Below are positions 62,650-64,000 of a stretch of 64,000 bases of DNA, in pieces. The stretch's first letter is position 1; the number at the start of each line of letters is the position of its first letter. Source of the DNA: Vitrella brassicaformis CCMP3155 (taxonomy: Eukaryota > Protista > Chromerida); assembly GCA_001179505.1 (NCBI GenBank), contig CDMY01000304.1, positions 63,975 through 127,974 of the forward strand, read 5' to 3'. Below the pieces are notes generated by a model that was given only the letters and a program-made list of their open reading frames with translations, was not told the origin of the DNA and searched no databases. Position numbers and translations under genes: made by a program.

Positions 62650-64000
62650 CCTGGTGATAATGTCGAGCAGGTTGAGTTCTACGTACGACGTCGTGTTGTC
62701 AGACAGCTTGCGGACAAAGGGGGGCACGATGAGACGCCGCCTCTCGCCCACCCTCATGCTCGTGAAGGCCTCCTGCGACCAACTGCTCAGCGCCGACACG
62801 GGCCTCTTGCAGCCCCTATGGCAGGTATCACACGTGCGCACAGACGGATGCTCACAAACCAAGCTGGTTCACACACTTACGGAAGGTTGAACATCTTTGA
62901 GTCGGTGTTGAATCCGTTGCGCCACTCAACATTGTCGTAGTGGATGTGGCTGCTGAGCTGCGGCTTGGGGCCGGTGCCTGCCGTCAGGATCTCGTACCGC
63001 ACACCCAACGGAGTCTTCTCATACTCATCGCTACACACACATCAATCGTCATATAGGAAGTGTCACCTTACATGAGGCTGAGGTCGATTCCGTACATGGC
63101 GGCCGTCTTGTTGAAGAACTCCTGCTTGCTGCTGTTGCCCATCTTGAGCGGCACACGCACACACCCTTGCAGACACTCGTCAGTGATGGCGGCGGCTTGT
63201 CGTTTGCGGCGGCAGTAGTCGACCAATCGACGGATGTGCTCCTCGGACACGTCTTCAACTGCACCAGGCCACCTGACCACACGCAGCAAGCAGCCTGTGT
63301 CAGGTCAAACACCCTCCCTGCAGGCCTCGTGTGTGTGTGGTGCTCACTTACAGCTGGAAGCGGTTTGCCAGTGCGATGTCGCCCATTTCAGTGAGAGACG
63401 ACTCGGCCGTCGAGATTATCCTGCCGCACACCTCCACCGAGCGAATGGGATCGTCGCCACTGACGGGCTTCAGGAAGGGACCCACAGCCTGCCAAGACAC
63501 ATAAACACACACATACACCCACACACACACATTTTCACCCGCGTGAACACATCCTTCCCCATCTCCCGCCCTCGATGCCTACCGTGACTTCCTTCATGAG
63601 GCCGTCATACTGGTGCTTCTGCTGCTGCAGCCCCTCGACTAGTTTGTCCTTCTCCGCCATGTAGCTGCTGACGAACGGCTCGACGGCCTTGCAGAACCCC
63701 CGCAGCTCATCCACACCGCCGGCCGACACGGAGGGTGCCTTTTCGGTGCGGATGCGCTTGCGGGAGGGCTTCTCGATGGGCGACAGCAGCCGACGGACCC
63801 AGAAGTCATGAAGACCTGCACACACACAAAGAGGCGGCAGAGGCACAGGCCGTCCACACACACACACACACTGCACTCGTATCATTGCCGTGAGTACCTC
63901 TGTAGTTGCGGTTGGCTATCTCTGTGATGAGCAGGTCGACGGCCGCCTTGCCGCCCTCAAACAGCGTGTTGCGCACCTTCTCGAACGCCTCGGACTCCAT
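62650..64000 (-). CDS. Protein with BTB/POZ(T1)-like segment and divergent FKBP-type PPIase domain; 5' end at or beyond the window edge
   Basis: IRSVEVCGRIISTAESSL...LANRFQL|WP...EDVSEEHIRRLVDYCRRKR...EFFNKTAAMYGID is BTB-like. YEKTPLGVRYEILTAGTGPKPQ...WSQEAFTSMRVGERRRLIVPP...YVELNLL is FKBP-like. Confidence 0.75.

Noticed and set aside
1-64000. Hundreds of ORF-track entries rich in CVCV, HTHT, GWMD or SIHP
   Set aside because: These are translations of intronic (GT)n, (AC)n and (GATG)n microsatellites or antisense frames of real exons, not genes.

Overview
Intron-rich, GC-rich eukaryotic DNA with four 300-N scaffold gaps. The intron style (short introns full of (AC)n/(GT)n and related microsatellites) and the gene families suggest a chromerid alveolate such as Vitrella; this is inference, not a database match. 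Because genes are heavily spliced, most entries in the ORF track are microsatellite or antisense artefacts, so gene models were assembled by hand from GT/GC-AG splice sites. In order: 3' end of a CHD1-like remodeler; a ~9 kb region of duplicated and decayed minus-strand gene fragments; a SAXO/SPM1-type microtubule protein with a duplicated exon block; a coiled-coil protein; a 2OG-Fe(II) oxygenase head-to-head with a DHHC palmitoyltransferase; a large coiled-coil protein; RING+TLDc-like protein; secreted orphan; ARV1; a dynamin-related GTPase whose last ~500 bp are duplicated on the far side of an ankyrin-TRP channel gene; DNA polymerase kappa; a small orphan; a giant secreted Pro-rich repeat protein carrying a knottin-like motif and two copies of an unrecognised Cys/Trp domain; a frameshifted pseudogene; and a BTB-like+FKBP-like gene that may be spliced to a C-terminal HMG box. 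No rRNA, tRNA, CRISPR array or transposase was recognised.
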